Part shown: positions 19,116 to 45,216 of the stretch, in pieces
Layout: each line of letters begins with the position of its first letter
Numbering within the stretch: position 1 is the first letter of the stretch
Assembly (NCBI RefSeq): GCF_009914755.1
Contig: NC_060931.1
DNA from: the human T2T-CHM13v2.0 reference genome, Homo sapiens
Length of the DNA: 64,000 bases
Strand: one strand, 5' to 3'
Position numbers and translations under genes: made by a program
The notes under the pieces: generated by a model
What the model saw: the letters and a program-made list of their open reading frames with translations, nothing else
The model's database searches: none
Told to the model about the DNA's origin: nothing

Positions 19116-21344
19116 ACATTAGAGTCTGAGAAATTAGGAGAAATTACACGATATGTAATGCAGCTATTTTTATTTTTTCATTTTCTTTTGTTTTTGTCCA
19201 TCTGAATACATATTTTATAAGGATATAATTACAGTATATATTAGTTGTTCTCAGCTTCAATATTGTCACACTGATATGTCCCGATGAATCATGAGATGTT
19301 CTACCTAAACTTATTAATCATATTTAAAGTACCCCAGTTTGCTAAGGTTTATCTCTTTTAATATAGCATAGCACACCCAAGATTAGAATTATAATAATGT
19401 CAATTTCACTCTCTTACATTTGGTATGTTTTCCTAAGTGAGAAAGCTAGCACACAGAGTTTCATATAACCATTGATAAATCCTTAGGAAAATGTCAAGTG
19501 CTGAGAACCAGTAATATAAATACTCAGTACTCAGTGGTATCTTGGCAAATATTGTATCTTAACACTCTGTCACAGATGTTGCCATATGGCCTTCATAATT
19601 GACATTTTCCTTAAATCCAGGTAAAATATACAAATGGTAAAAGAAAATCACATAAATAATAACAGCCTCCTTCTAATTCCCTCCCACTTCTGCCAGTATA
19701 ATTTCCTAAGGGCAACTTTCTTCCTTTCTTCATTGCTTTTTTTCCCTCCTTCCTCCCTTCATCTTTCCCTACACCCATTCCTCCCTCCTTCTTTCCTTCG
19801 TATCTGTGCTTCTTTCTGGGTAGATAATTTACTTACATGGGTCAAAAATTTAATGAGTTTTAAATGTCATATACAACAAAAACTCTCCCTCATACCCTGG
19901 TACTCACTTACCTATGTTTCCTCCTCAAAAGCAACAATTTTGTCAGTTCTTTGTCACTCCATTAAGCAATATCAGGAAGTATATACATGCATGTGTATTT
20001 CACACATTTACAGAATATTTCCAACTTTTAAGATAATAATATGCATCATTTTACATCTTGCTTTTTTCACTTATTAATATATGGAATATCATTAAATAGT
20101 AATAGAAAAGAGCTTCCAAATTCTTTTTAAAGATGCAAGATATTCTAAATATTGATGTATTGAATTACTCCCATAACAATGAACATTAGGTGCTTTCCAA
20201 TCTGTTGCTATTACAAAAAGTGTTGTAATTTATAACTTCATAGGAAGGGAAGTTCATGCCCCCACATATTTGCAGAGCAGAGCATTTGGCTGCACCCAAC
20301 TCTTGTGGTCAAGCAATGACCCTTCCCTGCTTCACAGCCCAACCTGAGGTTCTTCCAGGCCTGGGGAGGGAGGAAAGCTTGAAACTGTGCATATCTGTAG
20401 AGCATAGCCTCTGGCTTTGCCCATCCCAAGTGGGCAAGCAGTGACCTCAGAGACTCATCCAGCCCTAAGGCTAAGGCCCAGCCTGTAGCCCTGTCCAGCC
20501 AGATTCCAAACAGCATACCACTAACCTATGAAAAAGAGCCTGCAAATCTGCTCAATCAGACATGATTGCAGAGCCTAGCCACAAGTTCTACCTAAACACA
20601 AAGCCCAGCCAGTGCTCTTACTAGAGTACAGAGTACAGCCAGCAGCTCCAGCTGACCTTTGAGCTTAGGCAGCAGCTCAGCCCAACTAAAGAACCCAAGA
20701 GCAAGGTCTGCCTGCATAGGGTCACTACCAGCTGACCCGTTCAGAAACACAGGCCAGGCTAAATAGCGAAGCTCCATCCCCAGTGCAGAACACCAGCAAA
20801 AACCAGACAAGGTAGGTGATTCCTCAAATGTGCAGACACTGACACAAAGACACAGAATTACAAAAAAACAGAGAAATATGACACCACCAAAGAAATTAAT
20901 AATGCTCCAATAATGGACCCTAAAAAAATGAAGAACTATAAAATTTCAAATAGCAGTACCACTCATTTAGGAAACAGACCCTAGATGACTGATAAAAACT
21001 TCAGAAAAAAATCCTCTTCAAGAAGCTCAGGGAACTACAAGAAAACATGAATAGAAAATTAAATAAAATTTAAAATACAATGCACAAACAAAACAAAAAG
21101 TTTGGCAAAGAAATAAAAACAATAAAAATAGAAATTTTAGAGAAAAAGAATATAATAAATGAGCTGAAAAATTCAATAAAACTCTTCAATGGCAGACTCA
21201 ATCAAGCAGAAGAAGGAATCAGTGAGGTTGAAGATGGTACATTTGAAATTACTCAGGGAAGAAAGAAAAGAGAATAAAATGAAGACAGAAAGCCTATGGG
21301 AATTATAGGATATCATCAAGATAACTAAATTTACATAATAAAAG

Positions 21345-24300
21345 TGGCACTGGGAGGATCGCTTGAGGCAAGGAGTTCAAAACCAGCCTGGGCAACACAG
21401 CAAGATCTCCATCTCTACAAAAATAAAATTAGCCAGGCATGGTGGCACACATCTGTAGTCCCAGCTATTCCAGAAGCTGAGCTTGAGCCAAGGTGTTCGA
21501 GGTTATGGTGAGCTACGATCATGTCACTGCACTCCAGCCTGGATAACAGAGAGAGATCTTGCCTCAAATAAATAAATAAGTAAAAATAGAAGTGGCAGAA
21601 AGTGGAGAAAGAGAGAAAGTGCCAGAAAGCACTTTTTAAAAAATGGTTGAAAACTTCCCAAATCTAGGGAAAGATGTCAATACCCAGGTACAGGGAGCTC
21701 AGAGGTCTCCAACAAAATTCAACTCAAAGAGGTGTTCAACAAGACATATCATAATCAAACTGTCAAAATTAAAGACAGAAAGAACTCTGAAAGCAGAAAG
21801 AGATAAGGAAATATCACATCTTAAGGAATCTCAATGTGACTAGCAGTGGATGTCTCAGCAAAAACCCTGCAGATAAGGACAGAGTGGGATAATATACTCA
21901 AAGTGCTGAAGGAAAACAGTGCCAAACAAGAATATATCCAGAAGAAGTCCCTCTGAAATAAGGAAGAATAAAAACTTCACCAGACAAACAAAATTTAAGG
22001 GTGTTCATCATTACTAGTCCTGCCTAGTAATCATGCAGGAATTGCTAAAAAAGAGTTCTTTAAGCTGAAATAAAAGGTATTTAATTAATAACAAAGCATA
22101 TGAAAATATAAAACTCAATGGGCATATTCAGGATAATCTACTACTCTAATGGTGGTGTATAAAGCAATTTTATCTCTACTATGAGGGTTAAAAGATAAAA
22201 GTATTAAAAACAACTATAGCTGCAATAAATCGTTAAGGGATACAAATTACAGAAAGACGTAAAATTTTATATCAATATTATAAGAGGTGGTTGGGGTAAA
22301 AGTGTAGAATTTTTGTATGTGAATAGAGTTAAGTTGTTATCTGTTTAAAATAGCCTATTATAAGTATAAGATGTTTCATGTAAGCCTCATGGTAACTACA
22401 AAGCAAAAACAAAAACCTATAGTAGTTGCACAAAACATAAAAAGAAATAATTTGAAGCATATCACTACAGGAAACCACCAAACCACAAAAAAAAATAGCA
22501 AGGCATGAAAAAAGAAAAATGACAAAAGAAAACAAGTTACAACATAGCAGTAGGAAGTCCACACCTATTAAATAATTACCTTAAATAAAAATGAATTAAA
22601 TTATCCAATCAAAAGAAAGTAACTGAGTGGATTTAAAAAAAAATGTAGCCTACAAGAGGCTCACATTATTAGTAAAAACACACAAAGACTGAAAGCAAAG
22701 GGATGAAAAAAGATATTCCATGCAAATGGAAGCCAAAAGAGAGCAGTAGTAGCTATACTGATAGCAGACCTAATAGACTAAGTCAAAAACTGTAAAAAAA
22801 AAAAAAAAAAAAAAAGACAAAGAAGGTCATTATACAATAATAGGGGGTTCAATTCATGAAGAGGACAAAACAAGTGTAAATACATATGCTCCCAACATTA
22901 GAACATCTAAATATAAAAAGCAACTATTAAATGATCTGAATGCAGGCTGGGTGTGGTGGCTCACGTCTATAATTCCAACACTTTGGGAGGCTGAGGCAGG
23001 AGGATTCCTTGAGCCCAGGAGTTTGAAACTAGCCTGGACAACATAGTGAGACCTCATCTCTACAAAACATAAACAAAATTAGCCAGGCATGGCAGTGCAC
23101 ATCTGTAGGCCCAGCTACTCAGGAGGTGGGAAGATCATTTGAGCCCAGAAGGTCGAGGCTGCAGTGAGCCAAGATCACACCATTGCACTCCAGCCTGGGT
23201 GACAAAACAAGACGCTATCTCAAATAAATAAATAAATAATCTGAAGGGAAAGATAGACTGCAATATAATAATAGTAGGAAACTTCAACACTCCATTTTGA
23301 ACAATGGACAGATCATCTAGACAGAAAATCAGTAAGATAACATTGGCTTTGAATTACAAGTTAGGCTAAATGGAACTAATGCACATATACAAAACATTTC
23401 ATCCAACAGCAACAAAATATACATTCTTCTCAAGTGCACACAGAACATTATCTAAGATGGCTCTAAATGTTAGGCCACTGATATGGTTTGGGTCTGTGTC
23501 CCTGCCCAAATCTCATGTCAAATTGTAATAATCCCCAGTGTCGGAGGTGGGGTCTGGTGGGAGGTGATTGGATCACGGTGGTGGATTTCCCCCTGGAGCT
23601 GTTCTTGTGGTAGTGAGTTATCATGAGATCTGGTTGTTTAGAAGTGTTTAGTACCTCCCCCTTCTCTCTTCCTCCTGCTCTAGCCACATAAGATGTGCCT
23701 GCTTCCCCTTCACCTTCTGCCATGATTTTAAGTTTCCTGCCATGCTTCCTATACAGCCTGTGGAACTGGGAGCCAATTAAACCTCTTTTCTTTATAAATT
23801 ACCCAGTCTTAGGTATTTCTTTATAGCAGTGTGAGAACTGACTTATATAGCCACAAAATGAGGCTTAACAAATTCAAGAGGATTAAAATCATAACAAGTA
23901 TATTTTATGATTACAGTAGTATGATAGTAGAAATCAGTAACAGGAGAAATCTTCAAAAATTCACACATATATGAAAACTAAAGAGCACACTCTGAACAAT
24001 CATTAGATCAAAGAAGAAATCAAAAGGAAATTGAAAAATATTCTGAGACAAATAAAATTGAAGCACAACATATCAAAACTCATGGGATGTGGCAAAAGCA
24101 GTTCTAAGAGGAAACTTTATAGCAATAAACACCTATATCAAAAAGGAAGAAAGAGCTCAAATGAGCGATCTAATATTATACCTAACAAACTAGAAAAGGA
24201 ACAAACTAAGCCCAAAGTAAGCAGAAAAAAGGAAATAACAAACAGCAGAGTGGAAATAAATAAAATAGTAATTAGAAAAACAATAGATAAAATCAACAAA

Positions 24301-24640
24301 ATTGGCCAGGCATGGTGGCTCACACCTGTAACCCCAGCACTTTGGGAGGCCGAGGCAGGAAGATTGCCTGAGTGCAGGAGTCTGAGACCAACCTGGGCAA
24401 CATGGCAAAACTCCAACTCTACCAAAAAAAAAAAAAAAAAAATACAAAAATTAGCCAGGCATGGCCATAAGTGCCTACAGCCCTAACAACTTGGGAGGCT
24501 GAGGCGGGAGGATCACTTGGGCCCAGGAGGTCGAGACTGCAGTTATCTAAGATTGTACCATTGCACTCCAGCCTGAGTGACAGAGCAAGACCCTGTCTCT
24601 AAAAAATAAAATAAGTTAAGATAAAATAAAATAAACAAAA
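21345..24640 (+). mobile_element. Three AluJ-type insertions in the L1 (~21345-21585, 22944-23240, 24304-24640)
   Basis: Alu consensus with AluJ-type gagcccaggag signature and (AAAT)n tails. Confidence 0.9.
23479..23849 (+). mobile_element. MST-type MaLR solo LTR
   Basis: Starts tgatatggtttgg; 5-bp TSD gccac at 23474-23478 and 23850-23854. Confidence 0.9.
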
Positions 24641-25003
24641 CAGTTGGGTCTTTTTGAAAATATAAACAAAAGTGAAAAAAACCTTAGCCAGACTAGGGAA
24701 AAAAGAGACTACTCAAATAAAATCAGAAATGAAAGAGGAAACATAACAAATAGTACAGAATACAAAGGATCATAAGAAACTACTAAGAACAATTATATTC
24801 TAACAAATAGGATAACAGAAAAAAATGGATTAATTCTAGACATATGCAACCTACTAAGACTGAATCATGAATAAATAGAAAATCTCAGTATACTAAGAAC
24901 GAGTAAGATGTTTGAGTTGGTAATAGAAAGTCTTTCATCAAAAAAAGCCCAGGACCAGATGGCTTCACAGCTGAATTCTAGCAAACATATAAAAAACTAA
25001 TAC

Positions 25004-25415
25004 TGTATTAGTCCATTCATGTTGCTATTAAGGAATACCTAAGACTGGGTAATTTATGAAGAAAAGTGGTTTATTTGGCTCACAGTTCTACAGTCTGTAC
25101 AGAAAGCACAATGTCAGCATCTGTTTCTGGTAGGGTCTCAGGAAGCTTACAATCATGGTAGAAGGCAAAGGGGAGTCAGCACGTCACATGGCGAGAGAGG
25201 GAGCAAGCAAGATGCCAGGTCCTTTTAAACAATCTGCTCTTGTGTGGACTCACACAGCAAGAATTCACTCATCACCAAGGAGATAGCACTAAGCCACCCT
25301 ATTCATGAGACATCTGCCTTCATGAACCAACATCTCCCACTGGGCACCACCTCCAACACCAGGGATCACATTTTAAGGTGAGATTTTGGAGGAGACAAAC
25401 ATCCAAACCATATCA
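25004..25415 (-). mobile_element. MST-type MaLR solo LTR
   Basis: tgtattagtcc...caaaccatatca; TSD aatac/aataa. Confidence 0.9.
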
Positions 25416-27368
25416 AATAACAATTCTTTTTAAACTCTTCCAAAAAAAATTGAAGTAAAGGGAACACTTCCATACCCATTTTACAAGCCAGCATTACCCT
25501 CATACTAAAGCCAGACAAGGACAGTACAAGAAAAGAAAATTGTAGGCCAATATCCCTGATAAACATAGGTGTAAAAACCCTCAACAAAAAACTATAAACT
25601 TAATTCAACAGCACACTAAAAAGATCATTTACCGTAAGCAAGTGTGATTTATCCCAGGGATGCAAGGATGGTTCAACATATGCAAATCAGTAAACATAAT
25701 ACACCACATTAACAAAATGAAGGACAAAAACCATATGATCATCTCAATAGAAGTAGAAATCATTTGACAAAATTCAATATTCTTCACGATAAAAACTCTC
25801 AACAGGTATGGAAGGAATATACCACAACACAATAAAGGCCATATATGACAAGCTCACAGCTAACATCATACTCAAGGTGAAAAGTTGAAAGCTTTTCCTC
25901 TGACATCAGGAATAAGACCATAATGCCCACTCTCACCACTTTTTTTCAACATAGTACTGGAAGTCCTAGCCAGAGCAATTAGCCAAGAGACAGAAATAAA
26001 GGGGATCCTAACATGAAAGGGAGAAGTAAAATTGTCTCTGTGGATGATATAATCTTATATATAGAAAACTCTATAGAGATTCCACCAAAAAAATTGTTAG
26101 AACTGATAAGCAATATCAATAAAGTTGCAGGATACAAAATTAATATACGAAAATCACTAGCATTCTTGTACACCAACAGTGAACCATCTGAAAAAGAAAT
26201 TAAGAAAACAATCCCATTTATAGTAGCAACAACAAAAACAAACAAAAAAAACTTAGGTGTAAATTTTTAAAAATTGGTTAAATGAGGTAAAACATCTGTG
26301 TACTGAAAACTGTAAAACACTAATAAAAGAAATTGAAAATGACACAAATAAATGGAAAGTTGTCCCATGAAAGAATTAATGTCGTTAAAATGTCCATACT
26401 ACCTAAAGCGATTTACAAATTCAATGCAATCTCTATCAAAATTCCAGTGTCATTTTTCACAGAAATAGAAAAAAAAATCCCTAAATTTGTATGGAACCAT
26501 TAAAACATACCCAGATAGTAAAACAATCTTGAGCAAAAAGAACAAAACTGGAGGTATCACACTTCTTGACATCAAAATATACTAGAAAGCTATAGTAATC
26601 AAAAGAGCATAATATAAAAACAGACACATGGACCAACACAGCAAGATTCAGAGCTCAGAAATAAACACACACATTTATAGACAATTGCTTTTTAAAAAAA
26701 TTTAAGAACAGGGTCTTACTACATTGCCTAGGCTGGCCTCGAACTCCTGGGCTCAAGAGATCCTCTCGCCTTGCCTCCCATGTAGCTGAGACTACAGTCA
26801 TGAGCCACCATGTGTGGCTAACTTCCTTTTTGCTTAAGGTGCCTAGAACAAACAAGGGAGAAAAGATAAGCTCTTCAAAAGATGGTGTTGGAACACTGGA
26901 TATTCACAAGCAGAAAAATAAAATTGGATTATTATCTTACACCATATACAAAAATCAATACAAAATATATTAAAGACTTAAATATAGGGCCTGAAACTGT
27001 AAAACTACTAGAAGAAAACATAGAGAAAAAACCTCCACAACATCAGTCTGGGCAATGATTTTTTGGATATGACCCCAAAAGCACAGGCAACACAAGCAAA
27101 AATAGATAAATGGGATTGCATCAAACTAAATAGCTTTCGAACAGCAAAGAAAACAATTAACAGAGAGAAGAGACAACTCACAGCGTGGGAGGAAATACTT
27201 GCAAACCACACATCTGATAAGGGGTTAATATTCAGGCTATATAAGGAACTCACACAACTCAAAAGCAGGAAAACAAATAACATGATTTAAAACTGGGCAA
27301 AGAACCTGAGTAGATATTTCTCAAAAGAAGACACACAAATGGCCAACAGATATGTATAAAATAAATAT

Positions 27369-27842
<474 letters not shown>

Positions 27843-27875
27843 TTAGTACAGCTGTTATAGAAAACAGCATGGAGG

Positions 27876-28647
27876 TGTTTTGAGAGCCCCAGCCAAACTG
27901 GGGTTCCAATACCAGAGTGGCTAGCAACACTGCCCCTAACAGGAAATAAAGGGGAACTGGATAGGGATGTTTACCATGTCCTTTCACAGGATACTTTTTT
28001 TAACCAGGGGGTGGACTAATGCCTAGTTTTCAGCCTGGATTCAGGGGATCCGTCACACAGAACACTCTTTTATACTGACAGACACTCTTGTGACCCTTGT
28101 CTGACCCATGCCCAGTTTATGCCTGCCTGGCTATCACTCTGGTGCTGGGTGCCTGACCTTGTGTTCTCCTCAGCATCTCAGGGAAAACCCAGCTTGGGGC
28201 ATCTCCTAGTCCTTCAGAGGGGAGGCACAAATTCAATGCACCACCAAAATAGGAGACAAGTTCAGCAATTTTTGCTTACAGATATTGGGCAAGGAGATGT
28301 AATGAATGAAGAGGGCAATCCTCCATCCCTGGGTCATGACAGGCAGGAAGGAAGAGTTAGGCAGAGAGAGAGAAGCCCATGGCAACTAGCTGTATATATG
28401 AGGACTAGGATTGGGGGTACTTTAAATTCTCTGGAAAATACCTGAATGGCCCATTTAAAAGGAAGCAGTGGGAAAGGAGAGAGCCCAGTCTTCTAGGCCG
28501 GAGAGATGTCTCTGAATTCTTATCTCTGGCCACCGGCTTGAGCCATTTGGATGTGACGTAGAACTAGAAACCCTGTCAAGGGTGACTGAGTTCTGCTTCT
28601 GTTGTGAGAAAGTTAAACTTGTATTCAAAATCGATGCCAAGGCAACA
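27876..28647 (-). mobile_element. ERV-type solo LTR inserted in the L1 3' region (subfamily not determined)
   Basis: TG...CA-bounded 772-bp non-L1 block that interrupts L1 between gcatggagg and taaaatagaact; strand inferred. Confidence 0.65.
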
Positions 28648-29668
28648 TAAAATAGAACTCACTGCAGGAGGGGAAATGAGAAGATACTGTAGAAAGAGTA
28701 CAAGGTTTCTATTAGAAAAAAAAAAGGGATATGTTTTTGATATCTATTGCTCAGCATGGTGACTATAGTTAATAATAATGTATATTTCAAAATTGCTCAG
28801 AGTAATTTTCAAATGTCTCATCACAAAAAATAATAAGTGAGGTGGTGGATATGTTAATTAGCTTGACTTATACATTTATACCTACATCAAAACATCACCT
28901 TGTACCCCATAAATTTACATAATTATAATTTGTCAATTAAAAATAATAATTCATAACTTCACAGTATATCATGTCGCAGGTGGCAACCATGTTTATATCT
29001 AAATTCTTAAAACTGCTGGATCAAAGGGTACATCTGTAAAACAGAAGACATCATTAAACTGCCCTCTGCAGACGCTGTACCAATTTACACTCCCACCGGT
29101 TAAATAAAAGAATGGTTTTCCATGACTCCGTACCAACACTGAGTCATCAAACTTTATGAGTTTTGTCAACTCGATAGACAAAAGCATATCACAGGGTAGT
29201 TTTAACTGACAATTATCATAAGTATACAAAATGTCTTCAAATGTTTAGTATTTGCAAGCCATCTATATGTCCATTTTCATGTATGTTCTCTTCATCTTCC
29301 CATTTTTTCCACTGGGCTTCTGTTTTTTTTAATGTATTGATTTTTAGCTCTTTCTACAGTAGAATAATTAAAATTAGCTTTTTGACTATGAAATAAGCAC
29401 AGATATTTTTCCCAGTTATGTTTTTGACTCATTGGATTTTGCCAAGCAGATTTTTAAAAATTTGATATAATTAAATGCATCGATCTTTTAAGGTTTCTGC
29501 ATTGGTATTACAGTTAGCAAGGCTATTTCTATTCTCAGCTGTTTTAAAAGTTTCTCCATAAGTTCTTGAGGCACTTTATTGGCTTCCTCTTTATAACATT
29601 TAGATATTTGATCCATTTAGAGGTGTTCCATGTGTAAGTTGTGAGGTATGGATCTAAATACATTTTTG

Positions 29669-32881
<3,213 letters not shown>

Positions 32882-33637
32882 GTTTAGTTTCAGTGGTTGT
32901 TGAACAATTAGTTTACTCTGCAAGTAGGTAATGATAACATCATTTTTCATTCCATTTTGCATGCTCTTCTCCATGTAGGGGTTTACCTCGTATCTCTGTA
33001 TTCTGATAGCCTGGAGTTGTTTTCCTTATTGATACAAATGAAAAGTGGAATCTTTATATGTTTTCCAATTTATTAAATTAGTAATGTTAAAAATAATTTT
33101 AACAAAGTTAAATGGAATTATTTTAAAATTCTGTTTCTTTGCAGTAAATGTAATCCCAATATAAGACAATATGACTCACATATTTGTGAAAACGAATAGG
33201 GCCAATCGTTTCCATTATCACCAAAATTATCTATAGTGAGGCCTCTCCATCTTCTACCAGTCCCTCTTTTTTTTCACTCACTCAAAATATATGTATCGAT
33301 GGTCAAATGTGTCCCAGACATTGTGCAAATCTCTGACAAAGGTAACACAAGAAAATGTGTACTCTGAGAACTTCTTATTCTGCCCCAGTTTAGGAGATTC
33401 ATGCAACTGCCAAGCAACAATAATAAGAGCTAGCAGTTATTGGAGTACCTCATTCCTCACAACTCGTCATAAGGCAGGTGTTATCATTAGATATTCCCCA
33501 TGTGTATGCAGGATGAGGAAATAGGTTCAGAGAGGTCAAGTGGCTCACCCAAGGGGCACAGCTAAGTGAAAGGCACTGCAGGCATCTCAAACTACCCCCT
33601 TCCCACAAGACTCCACTGCAGAGCAGGACAGTCACCC

Positions 33638-34694
<1,057 letters not shown>

Positions 34695-34934
34695 GCGCCC
34701 CTTGTCCACACCTGCGCGCTCCCCAAGGGGTCCCTACCCACCCCGCCCCTGGCTGGGGGCCGTAGGCTGGCCCTGCCCCGCTGCGCCGGAGGTGGACCTC
34801 TACCAGGGCAGTTTCTCTCTGAGGCTGCGCGCTAAGGCGGTGGGCGGTCCCAGGCAGGCCCAGAAGCTGGGCAGCCTCTGCCGGGTTCCGGGAAAAGGAG
34901 CTCCTGCTGCCACTGCTCTTCCGGAGCCTGCAGC

Positions 34935-40256
<5,322 letters not shown>

Positions 40257-40506
40257 GATTGCCCGGAGGAAGCAAACTCTTCGTATAAAAAAAGCAGGCC
40301 ATCTGCTTAACCCTTGGCTCCACCATAAGGCACTGGGACTCGGATTTCTCTATCTGATAGAGGTATTTTCTGTGGCCCTGGGAGCTGTCTGTCTTTCCCC
40401 TACCCCCAAGGATGCCAGGAAGACGTCCACCATTAGCCATGTGGCAACCTTTACTTCTATGCCTCACAAGTGCCTTTCAGAGAGCCCCAATTCTGCTTTC
40501 CCACAA

Positions 40507-40512
40507 AATAAA
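40507..40512 (+). terminator. GSTK1: GSTK1 polyadenylation signal
   Basis: AATAAA ~250 nt after the stop, followed by a GT/T-rich tract (tttctgtgtctgt). Confidence 0.85.
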
Positions 40513-41709
40513 CCTAATGCCATCAGGCAAAACATTTCTGTGTCTGTATCTGCCCTGGTATATTCTCATTCCTGGGGTCACATCCTGCCTACTCTAGGGG
40601 TAGGTGAAGGAGAGCTGTTTCAGTATTTCCAGCCAGACCAGCCATGCAGCCCACCTTGAGCAGCTTGTGCGGTGGAAGAAGTGAGAATAGTCCCCCGTTC
40701 TCTCACACAGAAACTCCCCTGGTCTCTCTATCAGCAACAGAAAACCAAGCCAGATGGACTTTGCAACTAATCAAGTTTGGGATTTACTGTCTTCTGACCA
40801 ACCACAGTGACTGAGATGGGGCTGGGACCAGAAGCCCAGTGGGAGTGAACAGCCGAGGGAACCAGAGTCTGGCTGAGCTTGTGGCCAGATATTTAAACTG
40901 GGTCCAGCCACACCTGCAAAACCAGGGCAAGGCAGTACCGGGAAACTGGCTGGAGTTGCTGCGGTTTGGGGAAGTTGCACACCCTTTCATAGATACCTCC
41001 CTTAACCCTCAGTGCAGATTCTGAGAAAACTCCAAGGCTTCTCTGCCTAACCTAGTATAACCCCTGTTCCCTACTACATACATATAACTTTTCCATTCCC
41101 CCAGTAATTGACCCAAAGTCCCTGCCTCTAGCTGTGCCCATTGTGCAATGATCAGAATCCCTTGTTTCAATAGTATTTTGACTTCTTTAAGAATACTCTG
41201 TATTTGGAAGCTGAAACCTCACTTGGATCCATTGTTGGGAACCAAGTACGGAGCCTTACATAGCCCGGAGGAGTTTCAGGAGCAATGCCACTTTCCCTTC
41301 CATCCCTCCCTCTGGGTCTGGCTCTTCCCATAGTCCATTTTCCCCTTTTATCTCCCATTAATTTCTGTCTTCCTCTCTCACCTTTTCCATGTCTCTAGCA
41401 TCCTCCAGGATTTAAAATCATCTTTACCCAACTTATCTGTGAAGTAATGGCAAAAGAACATCTCCAAATTAAGTACTCCTTTTCTTCAAAGGAGTTTCAT
41501 GGGATGTACAGCTAGTATAAAATAAAAATATGGGAAGATGTCCAATCTTAAAAACCATAAGGGCAAATTAAGACAAAACTAAGCTGCCCAGAGCAGGGTG
41601 AGTGGAACCAGTTTTATGAATAAAGATGCTTGTCTCAGCACTATATGTGGATATCAAAAATTGTGAACAACTTGAACACCTATCAGGAGGAGAATACTTT
41701 AATCAATTA

Positions 41710-42040
<331 letters not shown>

Positions 42041-42247
42041 TCAAAAAAAAATTGTATTTCTGAAGAATTGTTAAGAACATTGGAAATTCTTGAGATATAA
42101 TATTGATTGGAAAAAGATGAAACTATATGGTATGATCTCAATATGTCCTGATGAATAAAAACATAATACAGAGGACATTATTCTGAGATAAAATACATCA
42201 AAATCTTTCCATTTTATTTGTATACTTTTACAATTTTTGATTTTTTA

Positions 42248-42355
<108 letters not shown>

Positions 42356-44973
42356 TCACTTGAGGTCAGCAGTTTGAGACCAGCCTGACCATCATGGTGA
42401 AACCCCATCTCTACTAAAAATACAAAAATTAAGCTGTGTGTGATGGTGCACACCTGCAATCCCAGGTACTCAGGAGGCTTATGCGGGAGAATCGCTTGAA
42501 CCTGGGAGGCGGAGGTTGCAGTGAGCCGAGATCGGGTCACTGCACTCCAGCCTGGGCGACAGAGTGAGATTCCATCTCAAAAAAAAAAAATTGTAGATTC
42601 ACATTGCAGTACAACTGTGCATCTTGCCCATTGATTTCTAAATGTATTAACTACTTAAATTAATCCTGAATCTTTTCCCAGGCTTAAGTGGGATAATGTT
42701 TTATTGTAGATGCATATTTCCTGGCTCTACCCAGTCTTTCTTTGAAGACTTTATCATCCTATTTTCTGAATCCAGTGGCTGACTTTAATCTTCTCTGGAG
42801 GAACTAGATAATTTCTAGACTAATGCTTACACTCATGATCCAGATTGTAATTTCTGAACTCCTTCTTCCAAATAGAATCAAAACAAGAAAGGGGAAAGCC
42901 TCTCAAAGCAACTGTGCGTTAATAATGAAACACTCTTTTTTTCTAATCCAAGGAGGGTTTCATACTTTTTCTTAGTTTCTTGCCCTCTTCCCTTCTGATC
43001 AATAATTGTAATAGGAAATTTGCAATTGTGCCAATACTCAGATTCAATACTGAACTACTTTCTTGCATTGTAATTCAAATTCCAAGGTTAACAACTAGCT
43101 GTATGTTTCCAAAACAATCTTATTGTATATGTATTTTCTTAGGTGAAGTTTCCAGAAATGATTTTTTTTTTTTGCAGAGCCAAACACACATGGTAATTTA
43201 AAAAAATAATGCACGTATGTGGTAAAAACAGTAAAAGCAAGGTATCAAGTAAAAAGTGAAGAGTCCTCCCTTTCTCATTCCCATTCCTACTCTCTAATTT
43301 TTTATATATCCATTTTGTAAGCTATAATACAGAGATTCCATATACTCTTCACATACTTTCCCCAGTGGTAACCTCTTGCATAACTATAGGACAATAACAC
43401 ACTATAGGACAAAAATCAAGAAATTGACATTGATACAATCCATCAACCTTATTCAGAGTTCACCAGTTTAACACATGCTTATTGTGTGTCTGTATTTAGT
43501 TCTATATAATTTTATCACATGTATGCTGATGACCACCACCACAGCCAAGATACAAAACATTTTCAGTGTAAAGATTTCTCATGCTACCCTTTTATAGCCA
43601 CAGCTACCTCCCTCCCTCCCTGTACTTCCCTAACCCTTGGCAGTCACTAATCTGATCTTTATGTCTTGTCATTTCAAAAATGCTACATAAATGGAATCAG
43701 ATTTGATTGTTTTCATTCAGCACAATCCCTTTGAGATCTATCCAAGGTTTTGACATGTATCGAGAGTTTATTCCTTTTTATTGCTGAATAGTATTAATAT
43801 TCTATAGTATGGATGTAACATAGTGTGTTTAAACATTCGCCTGTTGAAGGACACTTGGGTTGTTTCCAGTTTCAGGTTCTTACAAATAAAGCTACTCTGT
43901 GTGTTCATGTACAGGTTTTTATTTTCATTTCTCTGGGTAAATGCTTAGGAACACAACCACTGGGTCCCATGGTAAGTCCATGCTTAGTTTTAGAAGAAAC
44001 TGTCAAGGCTGGGTGCATGATGGCTCCCATCTGTAATCCCAGCACTTTGGGAGAACAAGGCAGAAGGATGACTTGAGCCCAGGAATTCAAGACCAGCCAG
44101 GGCAACATGGCGAAACCCCATCTCCAAAAAAAGAAAAAAGAAAAAGCCAGACATGGTGATGTGTGCCTGCAGTCCCAGCTAATTGGGAGGCTACAGTGGG
44201 AGGATCCCTTGAGCCTGTGAGGCGGAGGTTGAAGTCAGCTATGATCACGCCACTGCACTCCAGCTTGGGCAACAGAGCCAGACCCTGTCTCAAAAAAACA
44301 AAAACAAACAAAAAAAAGGAAAGAAGAAGGAAGGAAGGGAAAGGAAAGAGAGAGGGAGGGAAGGAAGGAAGGGAGGGAGGGAGGGAGGAAGGGAAAAGAA
44401 AAGAAAAAAAGAGAAGAAAAGAAACTGCCATACTGTTTTCCAGAGTAGCTGGTTTCACTTTTCCACCAGCAACGCATGAGTGATCCAGTTTGTCCACAGC
44501 CTCACCAGCATTTAGTGTTACTACTGTTTCTTACTTTAATCATTCTGATAGGTGGGTAGTGATAGCTCACTGTGATTTTTAATTTGCATCTCCCCAATGA
44601 CTAATGAACATCTTTTCATGTGCTACTTGCCATCTGTACATGGTCGTCAGTAAAATGTCTGTTCATGTCTTTTGCCTACTTTCTAACTAGACTCCTTTGA
44701 AAATTTCTCATATTGTTTTTAACAATAGATTTTAAAAGAATTTACAGAGTAAGAATACATTTTTGAGACAATGGGGAAAATGATACGGAGTGAAAGGTGA
44801 TATTAAAGAATTAATGTTAATTTCATTATGTGATAATAGCTGAGTGGCTGTGCACAAAAAAAAAAAAAACTTTTCATTGGTTGTAATTCATTTTGAAATA
44901 TTTAGGATAGGGCCAGGCACGCTAGCTCACACCTGTAATCCCAGCACTCTGGGAGGCCGACGTAGACAGATCA

Positions 44974-45216
<243 letters not shown>

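Noticed and set aside
18898-19122. Lys/Glu/Arg-rich and Phe/Ser-rich ORFs (also 44087-44497)
   Set aside because: Low-complexity GA tract
21080-27290. + strand L1-like ORFs up to 151 aa
   Set aside because: Same decayed-L1 origin, interrupted by Alus and LTRs
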